This document shows positions 18,601 through 28,624 of a stretch of 64,000 nt of DNA, in pieces (positions within the stretch are counted from its first letter, which is position 1; each line of letters starts with the position of its first letter). The notes under the pieces are model-generated. The model made no database searches. It was not told the origin of the DNA and saw nothing but the letters and a program-made list of their open reading frames with translations. The stretch comes from Candidatus Poribacteria bacterium (GTDB lineage: Bacteria; Poribacteria; WGA-4E; WGA-3G). The position numbers were made by a program, and so were the translations under genes. Where the stretch lies: the NCBI GenBank assembly GCA_964291315.2, contig OZ219753.1, positions 64,001-128,000 of the forward strand, read 5' to 3'.

Positions 18601-21294
18601 ATTGTCTTAAAAGAGAATACCGCCACTTTATCGATTCCGGTGCGATCGAGTTATAATCCTAACGTCTATCTTTCAGCGACCCTCGTTCGTAAGATTCCTG
18701 CAGATGCTGTTCTTGGGAACCGCCAACAACTGCTTCCGGCGCGGGCGTTTGGCGTGATTCCGCTAAAAATTGATGCGACTCAGAAAAGACTCTCGGTGGA
18801 CATGTTTCTTGCCCAAACAGATGAAGCGGGTATTTCTTCAAAGATTCCCCTCTCCGAAGGGGAGGTAAATAGTGGAAATGGAAAAAACAGTGAAGTTATA
18901 GTCCGCCCCAATAGTGATGTGAGTATTGCATTTCAGGTGCGGGGCAGACGTTCGTGGCAAAAATACGAAGTATGTATAGCGGCTGTGGATGAGGGAATTC
19001 TTGCCTTAACCGATTTCCAAACCCCTAATCCACACGACTATTTCTATCGACAACGCGGATTAAAGACGCGTTCGTTTGACCTATATGGTGGAATTTTGCC
19101 TGAAATCGCGGGGGTTATCGATAATTCAAGCCCGGGCGGCGATGTGGATCCCACAGCATCCCGCAAAAAACGACTTAACACCGGCGCTATTAGACGTGTG
19201 AAACCGGTCTCGCTTTGGTCGGGATTTGTGAAAACCGATGGAAACGGACGCGGCGCTGTGCAATTCAAAATTCCGCAATTCAACGGAAAATTGCGATTGA
19301 TGGCTGTTGTTTTTGCTGGTGCAACTTATGGTGCTACGGAAGCCTATTTAACTGTGCGGGAGCCTATTGTGTTGACACCGACATTTCCGCGGTTTCTTGC
19401 AGGTGGAGATACCCTCCGGGTACCTGTTACTATTTTCAATGGGACGGGTGCTCCGGGCGAATTTACCGTCGGTTTGCAAACGACAGGTTCGGTGGAGTTC
19501 CTATCAGCGAGTCTTTCTAGGGATATGGTTGGAGACACTCCATCGGTTGTCGGAGGGCTTTCCGACTTTCGGGTTGTCACTGTTGGTGCGGGTGCAGAGG
19601 CGCAAGTCTTTTTCGACATTTACGTTCAGGATGCGATAGGGGAGGTCAGTTTCAACCTCTCTGCGCGCGGTAATGCTGAGGCGACTGAGATGGATGTGCA
19701 TCTCCCGTTGCGTTCTATTGCGCCTCCTATTACAAGGACTGGACAGGGCGTAGTGCGTGCGGGGGAGCCAGTCGATTTCATTTTTCCTGCGGATTTGATA
19801 CCGGATTCGTCTGAATTTAGTCTCACGCTCTCACCGTTTCCAAATATCACGTTTGCTGATAGTCTGCGGTATCTTATCCGTTATCCGCACGGATGCTTGG
19901 AGCAGACGACAAGCAGGATTTTCCCACTCCTCTATTTCAGTGATCTTGCCCGAAACGTTGAGCCGATGCTTGCCGGAGATGATTTGGTGGATTACTATAT
20001 TATATCGGGTATCACTAAATTAGAAAGTATGCTGACTTGGGAGAATCGCTTTGCGTATTGGCCCGGTGGGACTTACATCAATGCATGGAGCAGTATCTAT
20101 GCTTCCCACTTCCTCGTTGAGGCCAGAAAAGCTGGCTATGAGGTTTCGGATAGGGTTTACGATGCCATGCTGGACGGTTTGCGGGAACAAGCAAAGTTCT
20201 TATCGGAGGTAGGGGAACTGGATAATTCTAAGAAAATGAGGGCGGATATTGCAGTTGCAACCTATGCGTCTTATGTCTTAGCTGCTGCCGGACAGCCAGA
20301 GCGTGCGACAATGAACTACTTGAAAAATAAAGCTTTGAGCGGGTTGAGAGATTATAGTCACTTTCAGCTTGCTGGTGCGTTTGCCCTTAGCGGTGAGCTG
20401 GAAACCGCCCTATCAATGTTGCCAGTGTCGGTATCCCTGAATGTTAGTCTCAAGGAAACGCCACAATGGGATACAGGGGGTACGCTGGATTCTCCGATTC
20501 GCTCACAGGCCATTATGTTGGATATACTTGCTGAAGTCAATGACAACCATCCGTCAATCCCAATGCTTGTTAAGAATCTCAGAGATGCAGCGTCTGAGGG
20601 AAATCGGTGGCGGACGACCCAGGATAACGCTTTCGCTTTCCTGGCACTCGGCAAGATTATGAAGAAACAGATAGACAAGAACTACGTGGGTATCGTCAAA
20701 CTCAATGGAGAACATTTGGCGGACTTCGATGCGACACAGGTACGCTACACGGATAGCGCCTGGGACGGTGCGCGCGTGCAACTCTCTGTTGAGGGTAAGG
20801 GAAACTGCTACTATTACTGGAGTGCCTTCGGTATTCAACGCGGTTCCTTTATTGAGGAGTACCAACGTGAGATACAGGTGCGCCGGCGCTATTTCAACAG
20901 AGAGGGTGAGGAGCTTGCTCGGCAGTTTAGGCATGGGGATTTAATCATTGCGGAGATAAGCGTTAAAGCGCTTACTGCTAATCTGGAAAATGTTGTCGTA
21001 GTAGATATGTTGCCGACGGGTTTTGAAATTGAGAATCCGCGATTGGAGTCGCGAGCAGGTATTTCGTGGTTAAAAACGGAGGACTTCAAACCGGACTACC
21101 TTGATATTCGCGATGACCGCCTGATTTTCTTCGGTACATTTCCCCGGCAGCGCGAACGCAAATTCTATTACGCTCTACGCGCTGTGACACAAGGCGGGTT
21201 TACCTTACCGCCTATCGCTGTTGAGGCAATGTATGATCCGACAAAATCAACTGTAACGGGTAGCACGCGTATTGACGTGGTTGCGGAGCAATGA
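15667..21294 (+). CDS. Bacterial alpha-2-macroglobulin (YfhM-like)
   Basis: YRPGE, AVDEGIL, thioester motif YPHGCLEQ, DMLPTGFE, EAMYDP. Confidence 0.93.
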   Translation: MIAKLSKNFLLRLIGLMAVVLVACIFYIVWDNIGARTRYSIKTFTPQGEVPQWVDFSITFSEAIVDKSRVGTEVPAEAFRFTPAVQGTARWVARDRIGFYLDAPLAPAAKYRLQLTPALSSSETFSLTGQKEFKFATEPFTVEQARLEFTTDGTREQAAGSGTIAFNYPVNIADLKAHLSIELNDGTEIPYQIKTPAATARTVQFETKRIKLGSADQKIKVKIEEGFKCTGGQIGLEKTHITPVILRGIGTLGVTYSDVWESDGAPYISVSFSAPVLSDIVEPHLELTPAVDYKVIADYRNIEIHGNFKRRATYTLKIRRGLTARNDAVLKQDYFTQFKIPDIRPQLRFLGDGFFLARKGELNLGLATINIESVKLDIEKVFANNLIYVSKLERWSRWSRNLGRSIHTEVLDVPSQLNQEVTVPISLEEYLADEHVGIFKVMARNAHTEWATAHQWVLLTDLGISAKRTEDRLYVWVKSLSTSAPVPTARVKLISDNNQTLLSGTTNWAGFAEFTDVDAKTDGFTPFMITVAKRDDLAFIQLDRHEIATADFDIAGPAYLQKGYEAFLYTSRGVYRPGETVQLAGIVRAPKHRIPEPIPTRIEVLSPDGRILRELRQHTTKTGVCEVQIPIPEYAQTGNYIAKMLIADKVVGRAQFQVEEFMPDRMKVTVTTDGSTYRLGDEFGVHVRAINLFGPPAVGRKVQVSCELRAVSFVDSDSASPAYIDPARWRSFTFGNTRPNSAEQFETQRIELAESETDAAGKADYRFTVPATLKAPSLLNGIFTATVSEVGGRAVTASHRVVIHPYSHYVGLRRANNTENAKINQPVRVDYIAVDDAMAVAPGRALQLSLYKVHWNTILRQNTAGRYEYVSEPQMTEVETHALTSAAAAQTVMLTPSDYGEYRVRLVDIESTALAEIGFHVNGWGNASVSMEHPTRLDLTLNKPAYRSGETAKLYVKAPFPGTLLLTVERERVLSYRTIVLKENTATLSIPVRSSYNPNVYLSATLVRKIPADAVLGNRQQLLPARAFGVIPLKIDATQKRLSVDMFLAQTDEAGISSKIPLSEGEVNSGNGKNSEVIVRPNSDVSIAFQVRGRRSWQKYEVCIAAVDEGILALTDFQTPNPHDYFYRQRGLKTRSFDLYGGILPEIAGVIDNSSPGGDVDPTASRKKRLNTGAIRRVKPVSLWSGFVKTDGNGRGAVQFKIPQFNGKLRLMAVVFAGATYGATEAYLTVREPIVLTPTFPRFLAGGDTLRVPVTIFNGTGAPGEFTVGLQTTGSVEFLSASLSRDMVGDTPSVVGGLSDFRVVTVGAGAEAQVFFDIYVQDAIGEVSFNLSARGNAEATEMDVHLPLRSIAPPITRTGQGVVRAGEPVDFIFPADLIPDSSEFSLTLSPFPNITFADSLRYLIRYPHGCLEQTTSRIFPLLYFSDLARNVEPMLAGDDLVDYYIISGITKLESMLTWENRFAYWPGGTYINAWSSIYASHFLVEARKAGYEVSDRVYDAMLDGLREQAKFLSEVGELDNSKKMRADIAVATYASYVLAAAGQPERATMNYLKNKALSGLRDYSHFQLAGAFALSGELETALSMLPVSVSLNVSLKETPQWDTGGTLDSPIRSQAIMLDILAEVNDNHPSIPMLVKNLRDAASEGNRWRTTQDNAFAFLALGKIMKKQIDKNYVGIVKLNGEHLADFDATQVRYTDSAWDGARVQLSVEGKGNCYYYWSAFGIQRGSFIEEYQREIQVRRRYFNREGEELARQFRHGDLIIAEISVKALTANLENVVVVDMLPTGFEIENPRLESRAGISWLKTEDFKPDYLDIRDDRLIFFGTFPRQRERKFYYALRAVTQGGFTLPPIAVEAMYDPTKSTVTGSTRIDVVAEQ

Positions 21295-23804
21295 GAAAAA
21301 ACAGACACCAATCACCGACTGCGAGCGGTAGGCGGTGGTGTGGCTTACCGGTTTTCTGCTATCGGATCTTGATTATTTTGCCGCTCTCTATTGTCGTTTT
21401 TTTTATTGTTGCTAATTGGTGTTTCCCACTTCCGAGAGCGCGTCTTCAGCCGCCATCATCTCCTATCATTTTGGATAGGAACGGTGAGTGGCTCCGCGCC
21501 TTTTTAGCTGCCGATGGTATGTGGCGAATGCCCGAACCGTCCGCTCTCGGCAGCGGTGATCTCCGAAGTTCGCCCTTTTTTTCTTCATACTTACACCACT
21601 CCATACTCACGTCAGAGGATCGTTGGTTTTACTATCACTGTGGCATTAACCCGGTATCTATTGCAACGGCTCTTTATGACAACCTCACGGCAGGCGAGGT
21701 CGTGCGCGGCGGTTCGACAATTACGATGCAGCTTGCACGACTCATGGAACCGAAGGCTCGAAACGTTCCGAACAAGTTGAAGGAAATGTTCCGTGCCGTT
21801 CAGCTTGAGCTCGCCTATTCCAAATCTGAGATTTTAACCTACTACTTTAATATGCTCCCTTACGGTGGAAATATCGTCGGGACGGCGGCAGCATCGCGTT
21901 TTTACTTCAACAAATCGCAGCGTGCGATGAGCCTTGGCGAAGCAGCGCTCCTCGCTGCAATTCCGAATTCTCCGGAACGTCTGCGTCCAGACAGATTCCC
22001 AGAGAGGGCCAGAAAAGCGAGAGATAAGGTCCTAAATCAACTTCTTGCGCGCCGACAGATTTCCGAACAACAGTGGCGCGGAGCATTACAGGAACCTATT
22101 CCGACGAAACGCTATGCGCTGCCCTTCAAGGCCCCCCATCTTGCGCGTATGCTTGTGAACCAAAGAAGACTGCATACAGCCCCGAAAACAGGCAGCAGAA
22201 TATACACGACAATAGACGTGAGAGTTCAGGAGACGGCAGTGAGTATTCTCCGAGAATATCTGCATGCTTCGTTTGCCGATATTGTTAGCCATGGCTTGCC
22301 AAGTACGGGGGCTATTGTTGTTATGGACACGCAGAGTCGTCAAGTTTTGGCAATGGTCGGCTCACACGACTTTTTCGATCGAAAGGCGTTCGGACAGATC
22401 AACGGAACCCTTGCGCCGCGTTCCCCAGGTTCTACCCTGAAACCTTTTGTCTATGCGCTTGCAATAGAGCAAGGCTTGATTACGCCTGGGACCCTATTAT
22501 TCGATGTTCCTGTCACCTATGCTGGATACGAGCCGGTGAACTATGACGGTAAATATAGCGGTTACGTTACGGCGCGTGAAGCATTGGCTCGTTCTCTCAA
22601 TGTGCCTGCTGTTAATCTTAGCGCGCGTCTAAAAAAAGAGACACTCCCCGCTTTTCTCAAACAAGCTGGCGTTTCAACGTTGACATCGGCGAAGAAATAT
22701 GGGCTGTCTATGGTTTTGGGTGGATGTGAAGTGAATTTGCTTGAACTCACCACGCTTTACGCGGGCCTAGCGAATATGGGAACGTTTGCACCTTATCAAT
22801 TGAGGCTCCGCGGGCCTATTAACACGGAAAATATGTTAAGTCTAGGCACTTCAGGTTCGCTAAAGAGAAAACATGCGCCGGAACGTTTACTCCGGGAAGA
22901 GACGAGTTTCATCATAACCGAGATGCTCACAACTTTACAACTTCCTAGGAATACTATTAGAGATCCTGAAGCCTTTGAAAGCGCTATGAATCTCCCCAAA
23001 ATTGCGTGGAAAACTGGAACTTCGTATGGACACCGGGATGCTTGGTGTATCGGATACTCTCCGAAATTAACAATTGGGGTATGGTTAGGTAACTTTGATG
23101 GGAAAGGTTCTTCAATGATGAGTGGTACAGATGCTGCAGCACCTATTTTATTTGCGCTTTTCAACGCTTTGACGCGCAGAGATACCCACCGGTGGTTCAC
23201 AAAGCCAGAAAAATTGGGAACACGACAGGTATGTGCGCTCAGTGGTGCTCCAGTTTCACCGCATTGTTCTAAGCGTAAGAGCGATGTATATATCCCTGGT
23301 GTCTCTCCTATTGCAACCTGTACAATGCACAAGCGCGTCTATATTGATGAGGCGACAGGTTACAGGCTCTGCTCCCATTGTCGGATCCTTCACAAAGCGG
23401 AGTCTCAGAAACGGGGTGAGCCTGTTATCTTTGAAGAGTGGCCTGCGGAGGCCGCGACTTGGTTAAGAAAAAAGGGGTTTGCAGTGCCTGTTTTGCCGGA
23501 GCATAACCCGTTATGCGACAGGGCAATCGCCGGGACCGCTCCGATCATTTTGTCTCCAGCAAAAGAGACTGTGTATTATATTCGCTCTGGTATCCCCTTG
23601 GAAAACCAAAAAATCCGACTTGCCGCCTCTGCCTCTAACCAGACACAGGCGTTATTCTGGTTTCTGGATGGTGAGTTAATTTTCAGTGGAAACGCTGAGC
23701 AGCAATATTGGCTTACACCCGTCAAAGGGCAACATCTGTTAACCTGTGTAGACGCGGAAGGTCGCTCAGCAAACCTCCCGCTCCACATTTCAGTGATACC
23801 GTAG
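21291..23804 (+). CDS. pbpC: Penicillin-binding protein 1C
   Basis: GT51 motifs EDRWFYYH and GGSTITMQLA; transpeptidase STLK, SLN, KTGT; PBP1C C-terminus; ATGA-coupled to the A2M gene. Confidence 0.92.
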   Translation: MRKNRHQSPTASGRRWCGLPVFCYRILIILPLSIVVFFIVANWCFPLPRARLQPPSSPIILDRNGEWLRAFLAADGMWRMPEPSALGSGDLRSSPFFSSYLHHSILTSEDRWFYYHCGINPVSIATALYDNLTAGEVVRGGSTITMQLARLMEPKARNVPNKLKEMFRAVQLELAYSKSEILTYYFNMLPYGGNIVGTAAASRFYFNKSQRAMSLGEAALLAAIPNSPERLRPDRFPERARKARDKVLNQLLARRQISEQQWRGALQEPIPTKRYALPFKAPHLARMLVNQRRLHTAPKTGSRIYTTIDVRVQETAVSILREYLHASFADIVSHGLPSTGAIVVMDTQSRQVLAMVGSHDFFDRKAFGQINGTLAPRSPGSTLKPFVYALAIEQGLITPGTLLFDVPVTYAGYEPVNYDGKYSGYVTAREALARSLNVPAVNLSARLKKETLPAFLKQAGVSTLTSAKKYGLSMVLGGCEVNLLELTTLYAGLANMGTFAPYQLRLRGPINTENMLSLGTSGSLKRKHAPERLLREETSFIITEMLTTLQLPRNTIRDPEAFESAMNLPKIAWKTGTSYGHRDAWCIGYSPKLTIGVWLGNFDGKGSSMMSGTDAAAPILFALFNALTRRDTHRWFTKPEKLGTRQVCALSGAPVSPHCSKRKSDVYIPGVSPIATCTMHKRVYIDEATGYRLCSHCRILHKAESQKRGEPVIFEEWPAEAATWLRKKGFAVPVLPEHNPLCDRAIAGTAPIILSPAKETVYYIRSGIPLENQKIRLAASASNQTQALFWFLDGELIFSGNAEQQYWLTPVKGQHLLTCVDAEGRSANLPLHISVIP

Positions 23805-23861
23805 GGGCCATTTACAAACGGAATAGCTGTTAGCTGACAGCTAGCGCCTGACAAGTGATAC

Positions 23862-24641
23862 CTATCTGTACTCAGATTTGAGTTTACCCCAGGTTGTTGT
23901 CACTTTGTCTTCTGCCTGCACGTTGAGGGTTTTTGCCATCCGAGATTTGACCTCCTCTTCAGTGAATGCTACGCTCCAAATCTTAAATTCATCAACCATC
24001 CCGTTGAAGAAATTAGCGTTGCCTTGGTTTGCTGCGATGCACATACCTGAGGTACCGAAATCCATACGGGCATCCCCGCCGGCTTCTGCTTCGGAATCAA
24101 GCTCTCCATTGATATACATCTTTGCTGTGTTTTTACTTTGTGCCCCTACAAAATAGTACCATTCTGGCTCAAAGGCATCATAATTTGTGAGAGCTTCCAA
24201 CTCTACGCCTTGGGTTGCGAAGTAGAATCCGAATAACACGCCTCCTCGGTTGAAGGTAATGTGAGGTCTCCCGCCGCCTTGGAGTCGATAGAGCAGGTCG
24301 ATACGGTTACCGCCCTCAATTGTATCGTCGGGTTTGAACCAAAATTCTATTGTCATTTCCTTGGGCTGATCTATGTTCATCGGGTCTAGATTAACACTTC
24401 CGTTATTAAAATGGAGTGCGGATCCGACGACTCCTTCTGCCCATTTTGCATTTTTTATATCACCGACGAATCCATTGGGCGATATATCTTCTGCTTCATC
24501 GCCTTGTCCTTCGTCAAAAGGGAGATGAATGAGCAAATCTTTGTCTGGATCGACTGCATGTCCAAACGTAGCGGTCATTAAGAACAGTGAAACTGCGAAA
24601 AAATATAGTAAATGTTTCATCTTTTTATGTTTTTCGGCCAT
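23862..24641 (-). CDS. Secreted LamG/concanavalin-A-like domain protein
   Basis: Signal peptide, FDEGQG, TIEFW, MYING, FNGMVDEFKIW; C-terminal KVTTTWGKLK tail. Confidence 0.88.
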   Translation of the reverse strand: MAEKHKKMKHLLYFFAVSLFLMTATFGHAVDPDKDLLIHLPFDEGQGDEAEDISPNGFVGDIKNAKWAEGVVGSALHFNNGSVNLDPMNIDQPKEMTIEFWFKPDDTIEGGNRIDLLYRLQGGGRPHITFNRGGVLFGFYFATQGVELEALTNYDAFEPEWYYFVGAQSKNTAKMYINGELDSEAEAGGDARMDFGTSGMCIAANQGNANFFNGMVDEFKIWSVAFTEEEVKSRMAKTLNVQAEDKVTTTWGKLKSEYR

Positions 24642-25107
24642 CAGTTGACTACTGATTGCTTGTACTCCTTAATAAGAATAGTAAGATAGGGGTTAACGAA
24701 TATAGAGCGAACACATTTCCTTGTGCGCGCCCAAGCTGACTTCCCCGTTCCGCAACCACAAAAACAGGCGTGTGCCACAGTTTTCGCCAAGCCTGTGTTG
24801 GGGTCTCAAAGGGGACGTGTTTTGGAATATATTGATTATTGTATGTGAAGTGAGGGGGGGGGCACGACTTGCTAAAAAGCAAGACGAACGAACAGCAGCG
24901 CAGATAGGACGAGCGCTGCACAAGGCAGATATTGCTACAGAACCTTGAAATTCCGAGTAAGGGCTTAAGCGCTAAAGCTTTCGTGCATTTCATGGGTGGA
25001 TACATCAATCCTGATAGGCTTAACAGAACCTATCAATGTTACTTTAGGAAGCATCTTCTTTCATACCTTCTATTTTAATTATACATTACACTCTTAAGTT
25101 GTGTCAA
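24642..25107 (-). promoter_or_regulatory. Conserved promoter/leader cassette with C9 tract, copy B
   Basis: TTGACA-N18-TATAAT (25107-25078), hairpin 25013-25034, MKCTK ORF from 24993 to 24649, TTGCTTTTTAGCAA (24869-24882), C9 on minus (24854-24862); homologous to 37641-38160. Confidence 0.75.
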
Positions 25108-25379
25108 GAGCTTTTTTCACCTATATAGAACCATTCATCGGCAGATCTAATCCACCTGCCCCTTTTCTTTAAGTAATTATACCGTACATCCCATTAAAAT
25201 TGCAAGTTACTTTAAGTGTCTATAAGTGGACATTTTAACCTGATAAACCCGCTGGACGTGTGGTATCATGTCCACACTTGATTAACAGCTATTATTTCAA
25301 GTTTATGTTATCTAATTGCATAACAACAGCGCAGGAAATCGCAATGCCTGAGTCCTGCTTGTGCTGTTTTTCTTTTTCC

Positions 25380-25409
25380 TTGACAGCACCTTCCTTCCTC
25401 GTGTATAAT
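25380..25409 (+). promoter_or_regulatory. sigma70 promoter with no downstream protein gene
   Basis: TTGACA-N18-TATAAT. Confidence 0.5.
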
Positions 25410-25507
25410 ATATCTGTATCCTAAAAAATATGCCAATATTCTTCGTGGATACATTTGCATATAAATATCTATGAGCATCGCAATCTCATGGATACTCCTT
25501 TTTTTCG

Positions 25508-25551
25508 GCAAGCAAGGCAACTGTGGTCGTCACCGCAGTTGCCTTGCTTGC
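25508..25551. repeat. 20-bp-stem hairpin
   Basis: GCAAGCAAGGCAACTGTGGT-cgtc-ACCGCAGTTGCCTTGCTTGC; 19 Watson-Crick pairs plus one G-U pair on the plus strand. Confidence 0.85.
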
Positions 25552-25909
25552 GTTAAATACCTTACCATAAGAAAAATAGAATGTCCATAATGGACACTTT
25601 GCTCAAGCCGTGATTTTGCTTACAAGAAAAGTCTGTCTCTGTGTATTTCCCACCCGCGTGATTGCTTGAATTACATGCCGAGCACTTCGGTTGTGTGAAT
25701 TTAGGCACATATAATATCGTGTCAAATTGCGCCGCGATCGGCACATTGGGGATTATCAAGTTCAACTCCGTTGTTGTCTCTATCATCTTTACATTTAAAG
25801 TCCTCACTGCTGACACATTCATAGTGCGCCCCCTTCCAAACTCACTGTGATACGCCCCAGAATATGATAATATGGCTCTGGGATTGTGGACTGGAGCAGT
25901 GCGGAGGTT

Positions 25910-26278
25910 TCAGCCTTTAATTGCAGCGATCATCAGACATGCCCAGCCCCCGATAAATGCCAATCCACCGATGGGTGTAATTGCCCCGAGCCATCGAGCG
26001 CCTGTGAAACACATTATGTAGAGACTTCCAGAAAAGATCAGAATACCAGCAAAGAAACACCAGCCAGATGCAGTCGTGAGATGATTCTGCCACTGTGATG
26101 CTGCCCATGCGGTTGCGATTATTCCGAGACTGTGGTACATCTGGTACCGGACGGCTACCTCGAACGTCTCAAGCATTTCTGGAGAGAGTTTCGATCGGAG
26201 AGCATGTGCGCCAAACGCGCCAAAGACAACTGTAAGTAAGCTCAAGCCTGAACCGAGGGAAAAGAAGAAATTTGACAT
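25910..26278 (-). CDS. DUF423 (YgdD/TMEM256) membrane protein
   Basis: GAFGAH, RYQMYH, FSGSLY, GAITPIGG motifs; start reassigned to MSNF after GGAGG. Confidence 0.92.
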   Translation of the reverse strand: MSNFFFSLGSGLSLLTVVFGAFGAHALRSKLSPEMLETFEVAVRYQMYHSLGIIATAWAASQWQNHLTTASGWCFFAGILIFSGSLYIMCFTGARWLGAITPIGGLAFIGGWACLMIAAIKG

Positions 26279-26384
26279 AAATGCCTCCTTTGCGAAATTG
26301 ATCACTACAATCAATTATACCTTAAATCATGACGGTTATGTCATGCTTTTTTGGCGTTGCTATGAGGCGTAGAGAAATATTCCC

Positions 26385-26413
26385 TTGACATGTTTAATGC
26401 GGTGTGCTACGAT
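26385..26413 (+). promoter_or_regulatory. sigma70 promoter of the EF-G paralogue
   Basis: TTGACA-N17-TACGAT with TGn extension. Confidence 0.55.
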
Positions 26414-26481
26414 ATAATTTTAAACGGCATAGCTCGCTCTATTCCGTGTGGTTAATAGTAAAAGGAGAAATTTTAGGACGT

Positions 26482-28554
26482 ATGACACAATATAGGACAG
26501 AAGAGATCCGGAACATCGCAATTATCGCGCATTCAGGAGCAGGCAAAACCTCACTCGTTGAATCGATGCTTTACAACGGTGGGGCTATTGAGCGCATGGG
26601 GGCTGTTGATAGCGGGAATTCTGTAGCTGACTATGCCGCTGACGAGATAGAGCGCAGAACAACCCTCAACTGTTCGGTCTGTATCGCGGATTGGGAAGGG
26701 CATAAACTAAATATCATTGATACCCCCGGATCTGAAGATTTTTATGGAGACCTCCATAGTGTGCTTCGAGTTGTAGACGCTGTTATCGTGGTTGTAGATG
26801 CAACAACAGGCGTTGAAGGTGGGACGGAGAAGGTGTGGGAGGCTGCGGACAAATATGAATTGCCCCGCCTGATCTTCATCAATAAAATGGATAAAGAGAA
26901 TGCCAGCTTTGAAAACGCGCTTGCGAGTATTGAAGAGATCTTAGAAACCCGGGCAGTTCCAATTCAGCTTCCGATCGGTAAAGAGGATCAATTCGCGGGT
27001 GTCGTTGATGTCATAGAGATGGCTGCGTATCTGGCACCTAATGGCAACAAGCGTGCGCCAAGAACCGACATTCCGGCGGAATTGGAAGCACAAGCTGAAG
27101 GCGCCCGGGAAGCACTCGTTGAGGTTGCTGCGGAAAGTGATGATGAACTCATTGAGAAGTTTTTTGAGGGCGAACTGTCGCACGAAGAAATTCAGAACGG
27201 GGTGCAGCTCGGCATACTCCACAACCAGTTTACACCTATCCTCTGTGGTGCCGCGCTCAACAACGTGGGGGTACAGCCATTGATGGATATGCTTGTGACG
27301 GGATGCCCGTCTCCTGTTGATGTGGGGCCGGTGACAAGCGTTGAGGATCAAGAGGAGCGGCGTGAGCCGTCAACGGATGCCCCAATGTCGGCAGTCGTTT
27401 TCAAATCTATTGCTGATCCGTTTGCCGGACAGCTGAGTTTCTTCCGGGTCTATTCTGGGGTCTTGCAAGCCGATACCCAGGTCAGCAATTCGACGCGTGG
27501 ACAGATTGAACGCCTCGGCAAAACTATGTTTATGAACGGTAAGAGCTCTATAAGCACCGCACAAGTAGAAGCAGGAGACATCGGAGCTATCACTAAGCTT
27601 GCTGCGACCCAAACCGGGGACACTCTCTCTGATAGAGATGCACAGATTAAACTTGTAGGCGTTGAGTTCCCTAATTCCGTTATCTCTTACGCGATTCGTC
27701 CAACCCGCGAGGGCGATGATGAGAAGTTGATGGCCTCTCTCACACGCATGTCTGAGGAAGATCCGGCCTTCAGAATTGAGAGGAATGAATCGACGAAGCA
27801 ACTCCTCGTTTCTGGGCTTGGAGATTTGCACATCACCGTCAATCGTGAGCGGATGAAGGATAAATTCGGTGTAGAAACGGAGGTTTCCACGCCGAAAGTG
27901 CCGTATCAGGAGACCGTTCGTCGAAATGCTCGTAACATCAATGGACGGCACAAACGCCAGTCGGGCGGCAGAGGGCAATTCGGGGATGTTTGGATTAATG
28001 TGGGGCCTCTGCAGCGCGGTGAAGGTTTTGAATTCATTAATAACATTGTGGGGGGTGCAATTCCACGCAACTATATCCCCGCTGTCGAAAAGGGCATCCG
28101 TGAAAGAATGGCGAGGGGGTTTTTAGTAGGTTTCCCAGTCGTTGACATCCAAATAGATCTCTATGACGGCAAATACCATCCTGTTGATTCTTCAGATATG
28201 GCGTTCCAGATCGCTGGTTCCATCGCTTTTGCTGCTGCCGTAGAACAAGCGTCCCCATGTCTGCTTGAACCTATTATGGAGGTCACGATCACTGTGCCCG
28301 AACAGTTTATGGGAAGTATCATCGGTGACTTAAATGGGCGGCGTGGACAGGTGCTCGGTGTTGAACAGGTCGGGAAAAAGCAGGTGATTCAGGCGAACAT
28401 ACCGCTATCGGAGATGCTCCGCTACTCGATTGATCTCAAATCGATGACGAGTGCCCGCGGCAATTTCACGATGGAATTCTCGCGTTATGAGATTGCCCCC
28501 GACGATGTTGCGCAGAAGGTGATTGCTGAGTCAAAAACCGGGGCAGAAGAGTAA
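26482..28554 (+). CDS. fusA: Elongation factor G (stand-alone EF-G2-like paralogue)
   Basis: RNIAIIAHSGAGKT, DTPG, NKMD, RQSGGRGQFG, HPVDSS, LLEPIM; divergent G1 and switch I (ERRTTL). Confidence 0.9.
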   Translation: MTQYRTEEIRNIAIIAHSGAGKTSLVESMLYNGGAIERMGAVDSGNSVADYAADEIERRTTLNCSVCIADWEGHKLNIIDTPGSEDFYGDLHSVLRVVDAVIVVVDATTGVEGGTEKVWEAADKYELPRLIFINKMDKENASFENALASIEEILETRAVPIQLPIGKEDQFAGVVDVIEMAAYLAPNGNKRAPRTDIPAELEAQAEGAREALVEVAAESDDELIEKFFEGELSHEEIQNGVQLGILHNQFTPILCGAALNNVGVQPLMDMLVTGCPSPVDVGPVTSVEDQEERREPSTDAPMSAVVFKSIADPFAGQLSFFRVYSGVLQADTQVSNSTRGQIERLGKTMFMNGKSSISTAQVEAGDIGAITKLAATQTGDTLSDRDAQIKLVGVEFPNSVISYAIRPTREGDDEKLMASLTRMSEEDPAFRIERNESTKQLLVSGLGDLHITVNRERMKDKFGVETEVSTPKVPYQETVRRNARNINGRHKRQSGGRGQFGDVWINVGPLQRGEGFEFINNIVGGAIPRNYIPAVEKGIRERMARGFLVGFPVVDIQIDLYDGKYHPVDSSDMAFQIAGSIAFAAAVEQASPCLLEPIMEVTITVPEQFMGSIIGDLNGRRGQVLGVEQVGKKQVIQANIPLSEMLRYSIDLKSMTSARGNFTMEFSRYEIAPDDVAQKVIAESKTGAEE

Positions 28555-28624
28555 AGGATAGCCAGGTTCACTCTTGCTGCACTTTTGCGTGTGCCTGTTG
28601 AAACGCCTTCACAAGTTCTATGAA

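Noticed and set aside
25562-25822. 86-aa minus-strand ORF
   Set aside because: No recognisable motif or convincing RBS; not called as a CDS.
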